From: Oopsacas minuta
Lineage: Eukaryota > Animalia > Porifera
Direction of reading: 5' to 3'
NCBI GenBank assembly: GCA_024704765.1
Contig: JAKMXF010000122.1
Location: forward strand, 581,068-645,067
Length of the DNA: 64,000 nt
The stretch's first letter is position 1, and each line of letters starts with the position of its first letter. Below, one piece after another: positions 35,656-49,145 of the stretch. The translations under genes and the position numbers were made by a program. Below the pieces are notes generated by a model that made no database searches, was not told the DNA's origin, and was given only the letters and a program-made list of their open reading frames with translations.

Positions 35656-36075
35656 CATGGCCTACTATTTACACGGCTAGCTAAGCAAAGAATTACAGTT
35701 ATCATCACAAATTCAACTGTTTATAGGTTTCCACATATGGTGGAGATATCTAGAATACTTTTGAACCTGCTTTCAAAGAAATTTTAACCACAATGACGCA
35801 ATCAAAGTTCACCTTCAATAATGGTGATTATTTTACTAATAAATACCAATATTATCAGTTAACAATTATGACTTATTTTGCGTTCGCATACATTTTTGAT
35901 GGAATTCCTTCGATTTTCTAGGATTGACTTTATAATGCTGTTCTTACGGCGAATATCACTAAAGTGGTTATGAAAATGAAGACCATCTATTGGTTACTTA
36001 AACTAACATTTAACAAGTATAAGGCATTTGAGAAAAAGGATTATTTTAAGATTTGAGAGTTTCTGAAAAAAAATG
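35656..36075 (+). mobile_element. Foldback family A copy, truncated and internally deleted
   Basis: CATGGCCTACTATTTACACGGCTAGCTAAGC arm plus internal sequence. The right limit is approximate. Confidence 0.75.
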
Positions 36076-36921
36076 ATGGTAGCCGAAATGGGTTAATGGT
36101 GGTTAAAGCTGGATAAACCATCAGGATTAACTTCCTGAAGAATATGCCAAGGTTTGACTATTTCAAGATGGCCTGTACCCGTGTATGTATAGAGGCCCCA
36201 TACAAATGGTGGAAGACTGTATAAATTCAAGTAATTGTATTGAATAAGAGTCTTATAGTATCTGCGAAGGGATAAACAGAAGTTTGTTGAAGGCTCAATT
36301 TGAAGAATTATAACTGAGGCATCCTAAAGCGGAGCTCAAAGTTATGAAATTCCACAATGATAATCCAACAGAAAACAAGGCCGCGCTAACAATGGAGTTT
36401 ATTAAAGAGAGTTGGGCCATGGCTTACTATATACACGGATACCTAAGCAAAGAATTGCCAAAATAATATCCAGACCATTGAATACATTCTGTTTTATTAT
36501 GAAGCATTGCAGTTATCATTACAAATTCAAATGTAAATAGGATTCCACATACGGCGGAACATCTAGAATAATTTGGAACCTGCTTTCCAAGTTATTTCAA
36601 CCACAATGATGCAATCAAAGTTCATACCCATATATGGTAATGTTTTTCATTGTCATCTATTTTTTCAGAGACTCTCAAAACTTAAAATAATCCTTTTAAT
36701 CAAAATACCTTCCACCAGTTAAATGTTAGTTTAAGTAACCAAAAGATGATATTCATTTTCATAACCACTCGTTAGATAATCATTTTAATGATATTTGCCG
36801 TAAAAACAGCAATATAAAGCCAGGGTTTGAAAATCGAAGAAATTCCATCAAAAATGTATGCGACACAAAATAAGTCATAATTTTTAACCATTTTTATAAG
36901 TGTATTTTAATACAGTCTTTA

Positions 36922-38264
36922 CAGTAGTGGCCAAATTAAATGCACCAAGATAGGTTTAAATCTATTTACCATTATAACTAGGTATCTATATGCAGTTACC
37001 CAAGGACTCCAGTATTTGATTACATACTGACAAAAACATGTAAAGGGAGATCTACAATTTTGTCTCAGTCATAAATCTAAATTTTTTACAATTAGACTAA
37101 GATTAGCTATGGTCACTCCACTCTTGGTGAGGCAGAAAATATTAACTTTGCGTCAGTACACGAGTTAAACGGTTCGAGAAATCGCTCTGGAATGTCGTGT
37201 CAGTCACTCCACGGTTGTCAGAATATTTAAAAAAGTCGAAGAAACTGGTAAACTTAAAACTCGACGGCCTGGACGCTGTGGATGGAAGGCAAAAACCACT
37301 GAGCTAGAAAGGCGAATGGTCCTTACAGCTAGTAGGAAAACACCAAGGCCCTCCCGAATCAGATTAAGCATAATTTGGGCTTAGATGTGAGCGCTCGGAC
37401 TGTCCGCCGCATACTTTACGATGGAGGACGCAAGGCTTGTACTCCAAAGAAAAACAGCTTCTAACCAAGGTCATGTGCCAACACCGGCTCAAATTGGCAA
37501 AGAACCACCAAACTTGGACGCTCGATGATTGGCGAAAAGTAAGTTATTTCATGTTTATAACCTTAATATTTCCATAGTAGAAGCTTACTACAGGTTGTTT
37601 GCAGGTCCTCTTCACAGATGAATCACATTTCTATGTGCAGGGTCAGCAGATTAAGGTCGTAAGAAAGGCTACCAAATCCCCCATTAGTCCAGCTTATATC
37701 AGCCAGCAAGTCAAACACCCAGGAAAAGTCATGTTTTTGGGGTTGCTTCAGTGCCCAGGGTACGGGACAATTGGACATATGCGAAGGTATGATGAACTCC
37801 GCCAAGTACATGGATGTTATCGACAGCAGAATCAAACCCCAGCTCCAAGAACACTTTCCAAATGGAGATTGTGTTCTCCAACTGGATCTAGCCCCATGCC
37901 ACACGTCCAAGGTCGTACAGAGGCATTCGAAGTAAGCAACATCAAAGTAATGGAGTGACCAGGCAACTCCCCCGATGTTGCACCGATTGAAAACTTCTGG
38001 GCCATTATAAAGAGTCATTTGCAAAATCTTGATAGACACCAAGGAAAAGGTTATAAAATCTGTTGTCGAGGTGTGGAAAAGTGACCCAGAAATTCAGAAA
38101 ATTTGTGAAAAATTAGTAAAGTCTATGCCTAAACGCATTTTAGATATTATCAAGAGCAAAGGTGCTCATATTAAATATTAATAGAACAAACAAGGCAAGA
38201 CGGCGTTTAAACTATGTGACCAAATTAATTGCACCTCTTGGTACAAATAAATTGGCCACTACAG
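36922..38264 (+). mobile_element. Intron-containing Tc1 element, degenerate (1343 bp)
   Basis: Imperfect TIR C(A/T)GTAGTGGCCAA..T(A/T)TG(C/T)ACC and TA TSD. Confidence 0.88.
37109..38181 (+). pseudogene. Tc1 transposase pseudogene with a 66-bp GT-AG intron (37539-37604)
   Basis: DDWRK|GTAAGT..TTGCAG|VLFTDESHF, then QLDLAPCH..PGNSPDVAPIENFW. Stops and frameshifts. Confidence 0.85.
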
Positions 38265-38584
38265 TATATTGTGTTTTTGTGCGAAATTAATACGAATCAT
38301 GATCCATTTCATGGGATTTGTGGGTTCTTAGATAATATTGGTATATATTAGTTCAATAATTATCATTATTGAAGGTGAACTTTGATTACGTCATTGTGGT
38401 TAAAATGACTTGGAAAGCAGGTTCAAAAGTATTCTAAATGTCTCCACCATGTGTGGAAACCTATATACAGTTGAATTTGTAATGATAACTGCAATCTTTC
38501 ATGATCAAAAGAGAATAGATTCAATGGCCTGGATATTATTTTGGCAGTTCTTTGCTTAGCTAGCCGTGTATATAGTAGGCCATG

Positions 38585-39241
38585 AGTTCTCCTAAAAACA
38601 AACATCTAAGGCAAGAGATTCATGAATCAATTTCTAGATGTTTTGAGGAAATTCACAGCAAAACTTGCAAGAGGTTAACGAGAATGTGCTAGATTTTACT
38701 ACGATGAACACTCCCTCAATCATTTATAGAAGAGAGTTGGAGAGTACTTAAACCTTCCAATAATCTCTAAATCTTCCGACCCACTATTCTGGTGGAAAAC
38801 AAATGCATTATTATATTCAAATCTAGTTAAGTTAACGATGAAGTATCTATGTACTCCACCAACTTCGATTTATAGTGAAATAATATTTAGCACAGCGGGG
38901 ATCATCTTCGAAGAGAAGCGTAGAAAATTATTACCAGAAGATGGAAGCATCTTCTATATATTCAGAAAAACTTACCACTCTTAGATTTCCGCTATTTGTT
39001 CACAATAACTTTTATGATAGCAAATTAGAAATTTTTGTTTGCTAGCGTAGAGTATTATTCCACAAAAAATGAAAATATACTGAGTTCAGATGATAAGTTT
39101 TCTAATTTCTAGACTAATATTTTTCAAAATTGGTCGCGTTTATTGTCCGACGGATATTGGTTGGTCCGGCCGGATCCGGATATTATGCAAATGGCCGGAT
39201 TTTGACAGATGCCGAATACCACCGGATATCCAGTGCCCCTA
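38585..39241 (+). mobile_element. hAT 3' end fragment
   Basis: DPLFWWK..KYLCTPPTS..SE..FSTAG..EKRRKLLPE, followed by CCGGATA repeats and the end GTGCCCCTA. Confidence 0.8.
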
Positions 39242-39833
39242 GTCTCAAGTTAGCCTAAGGGATAAAACAGAATAATTTCTTAGTGCAATTGGCGGCTACG
39301 CGACAGAATATATTCGGTATTAAAAATAAAATCATCCATGGTTCACATAATTTACATTTATTCCCTTCTAGCTTCTGTGGTATCACTGGAGCTGCTATGT
39401 CATTTTAAGTTTGAAATCTGATCACTACGTGCCTCGAGTATTATGAAATTCAAAAGTATAAATTCGGGAAATTTTCCGAAAATAATTAGCATTTAGCCAA
39501 AATCATGACTTCAGAACATTTGACATATTGATGGGTATCTGTGACGACCCCATTAAAGTGATTCTTCGAAAATCCGAAAACGTGACACTGACGTCATAGG
39601 TGTGAATTTTCGTCCAAAACTCAAAATGTCCGAGTCAGGTCCAAATACCCCTATTTGAAAAAGATCTGCCTGGTTATACTACAGATTCTTTAATCAATCC
39701 TAAACAAACAAACAGTCTTAGATCTACTGCAATTATTGATGTGATAAGGGAAATATAAGTGCATTGCAAGGATTTAATAGTGAGTAATGAAAAATATATG
39801 ATTATCCATAGCCTACTCCACATAAGGCTTAAC

Positions 39834-40285
39834 CATGGCCTACTATATACACGGCTAGCTAAGCAAAGAACTGCCAAAATAATATCCAGGCCATTGAATC
39901 TATTCTCTTTGATCATGAAGAATTGTAGTTATCACTACAAATTCAACTGTATATAGGTTTCCACATATGGTGGAGACATTTAGAATACTATTGAACCTGC
40001 TTTCCAAGTCATTTTAACCACAATGACGTAATCAAAGTTCACCTTCAAAAATGGTAATTATTGAACTAATATATACCAATATTATCTAAGAACCCACAAA
40101 TCCCATGAAATGGATCATGATTCGTATTAACTTAGCACAAAAACACAATAGAAAGACTGTATTAAAATAAATATATAAAAATGGTAAACTATTATAACTC
40201 ATTTTGTGGTCGTATACACTTTTTGATGGAAATTCTTCGATTTTCTAGGATTGACTTTCTAATGGTGTTTTTACCGCGAAAATCA
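39834..40285 (+). mobile_element. Foldback family A copy, 3'-truncated
   Basis: Left arm and about half of the internal region. Confidence 0.8.
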
Positions 40286-40889
40286 CATCTCGGTTAGGTC
40301 CCATTCATGCGATGACGTTAGCATCTATATAGGTTGACTATTTTCTCAAATGTTTTGGAAAAATGGTATTTTATCTAAATATATGCTAGTATCTTTTGAA
40401 TTGGTTCTTGCAATTACCACTGAAGATAAATACCCATATGACGAGAGTTTATTGGAAGAAAAATTTGTCAATTTACAAGATGGACATGGAAATAACATGT
40501 GGTAAGAAATCGATTCTAAAGAAATTCGCCCATTATTTAAACAGTATGAATGAATAGGAGATATAAATTCAAAGAGATACTATAATTATAAAAAGTTAAA
40601 AAGTCACTTTGTCGACGATCGATTATGTAAATTATGAAGTCATGATTTGAATGCGCCTAAACCAGGATGGAGGGTGGATGTTTGAACTATTTATGTAGTC
40701 TTAACTGATTCCTTATTATATCTTTGTACTCTCAACAGTGCTACCTCGATTATTCGAACATGCCTCAGTTCCCAGTTCCCATTCCATGTATCAACAATTC
40801 TTGGACTATACGGCAAAACCAAGGAATAAACGATCATTTGCATTGGCATTTCACTTTTCGTACATAAATCTATTAATATTCGGTCTAAC

Positions 40890-41145
40890 CTGTAGTAGGC
40901 TCTAAAGTGAATGGTAAGGTGGATGTACCAGCGATCGTATACACGAAGATCCCATCAGATGTAGAAGAGTCGTCTGCATCATTTGCAGTAACTTTTCCAA
41001 TTATAAAGGTTATTTCCTCCTTCTCATCCATATAGAAAGTATACTCTACGAGTGTAAACACAGGAGCATGTTCATTAATGCCAGTGATTATGAGGGGCAG
41101 TGATAGGGTTGCACTACGGGTACTTGGACGACCTCTGTCAACGAT
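40890..41145 (-). CDS. Cadherin-repeat gene, fourth exon (256 bp, phase 0/1); absent from the ORF track
   Basis: Hand translation: IVDRGRPSTRSATLSLPLIITGINEHAPVF..GKVTANDADD..FTLEPTTG. Acceptor TCATCTAG and donor GTTAGA. Phases match both neighbouring exons. Confidence 0.9.
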
Positions 41146-41300
41146 CTAGATGAAAAATATATATGGACAATGAAAAAGAGTACAAAAGGGCAATACAAAG
41201 TGAGGATAATTGCAATGTAGAAGTGAATTTGGTGTCATTGCACAAGTGTGCTTGTAAATACACGAAAATCGCTTAACACTGCAGAATATATATAATAAAT

Positions 41301-41301
41301 C

Positions 41302-41331
<30 letters not shown>
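41301..41331. repeat. (TA)n microsatellite
   Basis: Direct reading. Confidence 0.85.
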
Positions 41332-41332
<1 letters not shown>

Positions 41333-41584
41333 CAGCAGTGGCGGAACTACACACGGGCCTACCCGGACCTATGCCCAGGTAAATGAGGATTGTGCTCTGG
41401 TACAGGCTGCGGTAAATAAATTTGTCCTGAGTTGCTAAGGTCTTATATAGGTGTCATTCTAATTCTAGATTATTCATAATTCGATATTTTAACTAAAATG
41501 AGACCGTGTCACCTTATGTTAATATTGAGCGTCATTATACACAATGTCTTAGTTGAATTTTTATTAACCCATATGCTATAACAA

Positions 41585-43421
41585 CACTACATAACAAATT
41601 TTTGTTTGGATTGATATTTTGATTGTTTATGGATAATTTTCAGGCGCTGATTCCAAAATGCAATTAATTTTTTTCTATCATCGATCGTTAACTTTCAGGA
41701 AGCCTATTTATATGAGCAGGTTACACGCTTAGCCAACCCAGCAAAAACGTACGTCACAATCAAAATCTTTTGTGCTATAACACTAAAGATAACAAACATT
41801 TTGCACTCCCTTCACTGTCTCTTGTCTTTTTAAGCTTGGGTAGGATTGCAAAACTTAGAAATTTCGTTCTTGTGTATAGTTTATTTGCTGTCCAGTACCT
41901 TCACTTGGAAAGTATTTACTTACATCAATAGTATAAGCTACCAGCAGCTAGTATAAGCATCAGTATAACTGCCTTTAGCAGAGAAGGCAGAAACCACTTG
42001 CTGGTTGTTCTTACGTTAAGTTAGTGTTTTTCAAAATTAGAAATTGTAATGGCTGGTAGACAATGCAAGAATTCACCTGACTCATTTTGCTATGTTTGTG
42101 GGTATTATGTTGGTGGCGAATATGTTTCAAATTAAATATCAAAAGAAGCTAAGTATTGGGAAGCGTATAGACTGTATTTTGGGATGTCCATTGGGGACAA
42201 GGAAAAGGCCTGGGCCCCACATGTGATTTGTGGCAGCTGTCGATCTAATCTTGAAGGTTGATTGAGGGGTTCCGCTAGAGTTATGCCATTTGCTATTCCA
42301 AGAGTTTGGAGAGGGCCACAAAACTATCATGATGATCGTAACTTTTGTATGATAAATATTGCTAAGTACCGCAAGGTTAAGGGAAGAAGAGCACTGACTT
42401 ATCCAAGTATACCTTCATCCATTGCACCTGTTCCTCACAGTGAAACTTTACCAGTTCCAAAACCAGCAGCAAATGTAAGTAGTTTTATGTTTTATAATAT
42501 TAGGCTACGCTAGCTTATATGCTGTAAGGGTGACTCACAATCTGCATCTTATGTTTTATTCTTGTCATTTTAGTTAGAGTTTAATACTGAATGTGAAGAC
42601 TCGATATCGAGTGAAACTTCGGATGCTGAGGAGGAGTATCCCCAATCAACAGGTGCAGTCGTCACTATCCTTCTAAGAGAGAATTAGATTACTTAATACG
42701 AGATCTGCAACAAAGAAAATCTGCAGCAGAGCTATTGACGTCAAGATTAAGCGAGTGGAATTTGCTGCGTGATGATTGCAAAATAACTGCTTACAGGAAG
42801 AGGCACTTGGACTATTCTGTTTACTTTGATGTAATACAGGATCTGTGTATTGCAAAGATGTGAATGGTTTGTTTGATGCTGTTGGAATAGAACATGACCC
42901 TTCTCAGTGGCACCTTTTTATTGACAGTTCCACCAAAAGTCTTAAAGGAGTTTTACTTCATAATGGGAACAAATATCCGTCAATTCCACTTGCTTATTCA
43001 ATACAAATGAAAGAAGACTATGAAAATGTCAAGCAAATACTGCTTAAAAGGGAGGAATATTTGTTGGCCCCCAAATAACCACCATGTTAAAGTCAAGAAC
43101 CCTGGAGGATAAAATGACCGAAACAGAAAGAAAAGCATGGCAGGCATTTAGAGGTGTAGTTAATGGAATTTTAGGAAATATCTAAGATCTTAATTATGAA
43201 GAGATAGTGAAAATTCTGATCACAAGCTACCAAAAGATGGGATGTCGCATGTCTTTGAAACTTCATTTTCTATGCTCTAATCTTGACCTCTTTCAAGAAA
43301 ATTTGGTGATTTCAGCGAGGAACATGATATGGAAAAACTAACACAATTTTTGAATTCAGCGACACAAAAACATAAGGGGACATCAAAAATTGAAGCCTTA
43401 CAAAAATTGTGTTACGTAGTG
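41585..43421 (+). mobile_element. Chapaev3 element, internally deleted (1837 bp)
   Basis: TIR CACTAC(A/G)TAACA(C)AATTTTTG, flanks CAA / TAA. Motifs FCYVCG, MPFAIPRVWR, HLFIDSSTKSLKGVLLHNGN, MGCRMSLKLHFL. Likely intron from GTAAGT at 42475. Confidence 0.85.
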
Positions 43422-44470
43422 TAATCTAGGAAGATGTAATTTTGAATATACGTACTTAGAATGCAATAGCTATTGATTTTTAGCGTTGTGCCAGGGGAAA
43501 AAAATGTCATAGTTCCGCAACTATATATCAGATGCGAAGCTAGCATTTCCTCTTAGGTGTTGCCACTCCTAGCAACACCTATGATATATCTATATATATC
43601 AATAATTTAATATATATATAAAATAACTTATATATAGCTCAGCTATACTATGGTACAGTTTTTGTGTATTAGCTTCTCTATCTTCGAGGAAAGGTCATTT
43701 TTTCGGATTAAGGAAAGTCACCTTGTCGGATGAGGGTATGGGTTTTTGTATTGCAAAAACTGTACTATACTATAGCTCAGCTTTAAATAAGGAATTTCTC
43801 TTTATATATATGTGTGTTCAGTACATCGAATGTTCTAGATCATTCCCGCAATTGGATATGTTGCATGTTGTTAGAGGTGTTAAGATGTCTAGTGATCAAA
43901 ATTCAAATCTTTCGTGCAACTCTCTGTGGTGCCACAAGAATTTGATATTTCCTAAGGGAAATTGATGCATATATGGAAATGCTAGTGTACCACGATTCAC
44001 AAATTAATGAAAGATTCTTCTAAGGACGATATACGGGTTCAGCGAGACTGTATACTTTGATAGGAAATGAGGTAGATTTTTGACCAGAAATTGGATATAT
44101 GTATAACTTTGAACAGAAAAGAAGAATTTATCTATTTCTACAGATATGATTAATTACTACTTTTCTGATCAAAAATCTACATCCTCTGGAAATCTGATTA
44201 AAGCAGGCCCTCGCTAATCCAAACAGGTACGAAAGGTTCGACAACATTTGAAAATATATCAAAAGCTAACACATCATGGGATTATTACGTTATCAAGATT
44301 GTACAAAATAATCAAATTTTCACATTTTCGATATTACTAACCAAAAGACATAGCATCTCCAGAGTCACCACAGAAGGTCATTGAATGTAATTTGGATGGA
44401 CTATGGATAATAATATGTTAAAATGTTTATTATTCTGTGAATTTGAGGCATGTAGTACCGAGTATATTCT

Positions 44471-44574
44471 GTTGCGGGGCGACCAAGAACACTAAATTTA
44501 GCTGTTTAATATACTTAAGCTAACCTGGAGCACTAAGCTGTCGCGCCGCGACCTAGCAAGCGAAGCCCGCTAGT
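44471..44574 (+). repeat. Double-hairpin mini element copy, opposite orientation
   Basis: ..GTCGCG-C-CGCGAC CTAGCAAGCGAAGCCCGCTAGT. Confidence 0.65.
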
Positions 44575-45744
44575 TATCATTAATGACCCTAAAAGACAAC
44601 TAGATTATTAGTTACTAGAAAGGATAGAGCATATTTTCTGTTGATCAAATGATTAGTATAGAATACTATGGTGTGGTTATCAAAAGGAAACCAATACTAC
44701 AATTTAGTTGAACCTATTTTCAACTGTTCGGTTTGAGTAGGTGGGTTACACCTCTGCTACAAACAATGAGGGTATTTTACAGGCTTGCCATGGATAGGAA
44801 ATCCATTGATGGATATCGACGTTTTGGTCATATCCATGGATTTTGTGGATATCCATACTTTGAAAATATTTACAATTAATAGTAATATACAGAAATTGTA
44901 ATACAGTCGACGACTGTTAATACGAATAACCGTTAATTTAAACTTTCACTAATTCGGACAAATCTATTTCTTTTCACTTAATCGGTGAAAACATATACAT
45001 ACTAGCTAAGTATTCATTACAAGGTCATGTAGTTCTCTATACGTGAGTTGTTCTGATGATCAATTTCACAAAATTATTAATGGAATTCCATCAAATCAGT
45101 CGCGATGTTATCATTGCAAGATTCCGAGATAAGTCTCCCACTTATCTCAGAATCTTGCAATACAATTCAAATAGATGTAACGGGATCTCACGACGACAAA
45201 AATCAGGTGAATGCTAATTAGTTGAATAAAGAGTATGTCGTGTCTCTCGCATGGATATAGTCCCAAATATTTCTGTGGTACATTTTGACTTTTGGAAATT
45301 GATGAAAATGTGTGGCGTGAACACTGTGGAGGTCCACCAGGGAGGCATATACGGATATCCAACACCAACATGACTCAGGTTTACACGAACACGGTTTTAC
45401 GGACACTACCAATATGAAATAAAGGATAATAATTCCGAGTAATCTCACAGGTTCTCACGCTTTCTCACTGGAAATATCACATTTCTGATGGAATTTCTCA
45501 CAGTTTTCTCAAGACTTTTCATAGGGTTTCTCAATGTTTACAGAGACTCTAGGTTAGCATATATGAAAATGTTTGAGTTTAGATCATAGTTATTGCCCAG
45601 TATTAACATAAACTACGTATATTATTCACCAAATGTATCTCTCTTGTTTGCCCAACATGTACATCAATAGCTGAGAGATCTTCTAATGATCCAATCAATT
45701 GCGTCGTATAAATAATAAACCGTATTACCTCGAATAATCGCAGC

Positions 45745-46557
45745 CATGGCCTGCTATATACACTGCTAGCTAAGCAAAGAATTACCAAAATACTTTCAAG
45801 GCCATTGAACATATTCACTTTGATCATGAAGAATTGCAGTTATCATTACAAATTTAACTATATATAGGTTTCCACATACGGTGGAGACATCTAGAATACT
45901 TTTGAACCTGCTTTCCAAGTTATTTTCACCACAATGACGCAATCAAAGTTCACCTTCAATATTACTTTATTAATAAATACCAATATTATCGAAACCCACA
46001 AATCCCATGAAATGAATCATGATTCGTATTAACTTAGCAACAAAACACAATAGAAATACTGTATTAAATAAACATAGAAAAATAGTTAACAATTATGACT
46101 TATTTTGTGTTCGCATACATTTTTTGATGGAATTTCTTAGATTTTCTAGGATTGACCTTTTAATGCTGTTTTTACGGCGAATATGACTAAAATGATTATT
46201 TAAAGAGTGTTTATGAAAATGAAGATCTTCTTTTGGTTACTTAAACTAACATTTAACAAGTAGAAGGTAATTTGATAAAAAGGATTAGTTTAAGTTTTGA
46301 GTGTTTCTGAAAAATTGATAAAAATGGAAAAAACAATACCATATATGGGCATGAACTTTGATTGCGTCATTGTGGTCAAAATACCTTGGAAAGCAGGTTC
46401 AAATCCTAGATGTCTCCGCCGTATGTGGAATCCACTATTTATAGTTGAATTTGTGATGATAACTGCAATCCTTCATGATCAAACAGAATATAATTAATGG
46501 CCTGGATATTGTTTTGGCAATTCTTTTCTTTGCTAGCCATGTATATAGTAGGCCATG
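45745..46557 (+). mobile_element. Foldback family A, complete copy (813 bp, ~207-bp TIRs)
   Basis: CATGGCC..GGCCATG termini. 45745-45952 is an imperfect inverted repeat of 46351-46557. Confidence 0.9.
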
Positions 46558-46559
46558 GT

Positions 46560-48050
46560 TGTAGAATATAGTATCAAAAGACGTTAAGCTACAAACATGC
46601 AGATAAATTTGACTCGCGTTTATGTCAGGTGAGAATCGATCTTTGAGTGAACCTGTTGAAGGAGAGCATTAATATTCAACAATCTTTATTCAAAACTGTT
46701 AAATTAGGTTCTGAGACAGCAACTAAGATCAAATATCTGATAACAGAAGCGACAGGCAAGACTGGAAACCATTGTCTGAAGGGGAATCATAAAATACTGC
46801 ATACATCTTTTTATCTGTAGCACGTACAGATAAGAATCATCCAACATAGAAATTTACTAATTAAACCACTCGATAGTTGCAAATTTGACATCTTGGCCCC
46901 TTGATGAAAATACCAATGTAAGCGATACAGCTCAATGGCAATCTTTGTACGTGAAGTCATTGATCGAGGAACTGCTTGAATTATGTTAAATGAAAGACAC
47001 AACAATCGGACAAGTTATTTTCAATGAAGTAAAATGGGTGTCTACGAAATTCAATTTTGCAGATGATGAACTAACTCAGTGTTTCCCAACCTTTACCAAT
47101 TTAACACCCCCTACTTAATACTTTATTGAATCAGATTTTAATTAGTGAATATATGGAATTATAAATGATAGACTGTTAGAGTATCTATGGACCAATCTAG
47201 TTATACGTTGGAACATGAGATCCCTGACTTTGGTGGCTCTTTGTTAGTTTGAATTCATCCGGTTCTAACTGCGTAGGTGAAGCGATGAAAACAAATTTCA
47301 GATAATCTATGAAGTATTGACGGCATTTTTTCTGGGGTTTTTCAGCCATGATTGGATATGCAAGAAAAATCGTGTCTACTATTGAGGTAATTAATGAAAT
47401 AACATGGTATGATCACTTTTTATAACTTCTTTGTTAAGAAGCCGACTGAACTATTAATTCAAAACAAAAAAGGCTACATTGAAGGCATTGATTGTTTGTA
47501 AATGATGAATACTTAGCTCTTCTTGTGGGCAACGTGTCAGAATTGTCATTATGGGTAAAATGCACAACATAATAATGATACAATAGTATTTGGCAAAATT
47601 TACAGATGTTAGATTAAACCTTCATCCAACAGCTCATTATCTTCTCAACGCTCCCTTCCTCCACTGGGCCCCCCTGAGGCAAGCAAACGCCCCCGTTGGG
47701 AACCACTGAACTAACTGGTCTTATAACCGATAGGAAAGCATAAAGGTTTGTTTACCTAATGCTCAAAATCAATGACCTTTCTTGTTATGTCATACTACTG
47801 CATTATTCATTTAGAATAGCTTTGTGCAAATACCTTAAAAATGGAACATGTGATGGAAAATGTCGATACAGTCAATTTCATAAGGTCGAAGGGGACTCAA
47901 TCACAGACAATCCCAAGCGTTCTTGCAGAGGTAGGGTCAGACTTTAATGATGTTATTTACTTTAGCCAAATCCGCTGGCTCAATAGAGCCTCTACTCTAG
48001 CCAGATACTGGTCACTACTTGAAGAAATAAAACATTCATGACCATTAAAG
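46560..48050 (+). pseudogene. hAT (SPIN/Buster, GTF2IRD2-like) transposase fragment split by a MITE
   Basis: EELLELC..KDTTIGQVIFNEVK and MEHVM..VNFIRS..IRWLNR..EEI motifs. Confidence 0.7.
47077..47708. mobile_element. hAT-Charlie-type non-autonomous element (632 bp)
   Basis: TIR CAGTG(T/G)TTCCCAAC and perfect 8-bp TSD AACTAACT with central TA. Confidence 0.93.
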
Positions 48051-48469
48051 GAAAGTATGTGAGTTTGGATGTTCCAACTGGATCTAATTGAGATACAAAA
48101 TAGCGAGAGGAAGAGAGCTTTTGCAGAGCATGACCTTCTTAGATTCTATATGTTACATCAGGGGCCGTATTCACTAAGATTTAAGCTCACACTTAAGTGT
48201 GTACTTAAGTACAAAAGTTAAGTAACCTACCGAGGTTGCTTAAGTTATTCAAGCTCTATTTTAAGTTTCCAAACATATTATATTTATCGATAACATTGAT
48301 GTAATCAATTCATTCACTCGTTTTCTTTAATTAATTCATACTTTCACTATAAAATTTGATATTCTATGATGTTACAATATGACTAAATCGTATATCTAAA
48401 GCTGCCGCTGTTGATCTTTTTCTAAAAGTCACTGCTTTTTATGACGGTAATACTCCCTCTGCTCTTCAA

Positions 48470-49145
48470 TCAGCTGTAGTTGAGCCAAGAATACTTCCAT
48501 CTGTTTAAGGAGCACTTCTCGTTGCAGAGGAAGTAAATCAGAGAGCTTTGTTGACTGTTCGATGCTCCTCTTACCCCTAGCCCTCCCTCTGGACGACTGT
48601 TAACTACAGTAACTTCTGCTGGTCCCTCAAACACTGGCGTTACTTCTCTGCTTTCGCTAATCTCGGTGTGTGAAAGCAATGCTGTTGGGGCTTGAAACAG
48701 ATCAACACTACTACATATTCCAGTAAACGCTGGCGTACTTGAGAACATCTGTGATACTCTCTCCGTCACAGATGTGGATAATTCCCTATCGGAGCTAAGG
48801 ATCCGGATGTCTTCATCCCCCACTTCACCAGCTCCATTTGGCCCTCCTCCTGTCCTCCTCGCTTCCCTTCGACTGGAATCCACACGGGCTTTTGCGGAAC
48901 CTTTTAGATTGTTCCACTTCTTTTTTACATCTTTCACATCTCGGTTGTTACCATGGATGGAATTGAGTTTCCTCATAACGTTGTTCCAAAGCCTTGTCTT
49001 TTTTATTTATCTCCGCGCACTGACCAGCAGTACCTCTCAATATATCTCCAGCATCCTGGATTGCATCATGAGTGTATAATCCTCCTCCTTTGTCCATACT
49101 CTTGCTTTGGAATATCAATAACCTCCACCAATTTATAGTTTTCAT
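48470..49145 (-). pseudogene. Harbinger Myb/SANT (NAIF1-like) DNA-binding protein, frameshifted
   Basis: WNNVMRKLNS..RDVKDVKKKWNNLK..RTGGGP trihelix/Myb motif. Confidence 0.8.

Larger units (their letters stand above)
36418..38584 (-). mobile_element. Foldback family A copy containing a Tc1 insertion
   Basis: CATGG..CCATG ends. The internal sequence resumes exactly after the Tc1 at 38265. Confidence 0.85.
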
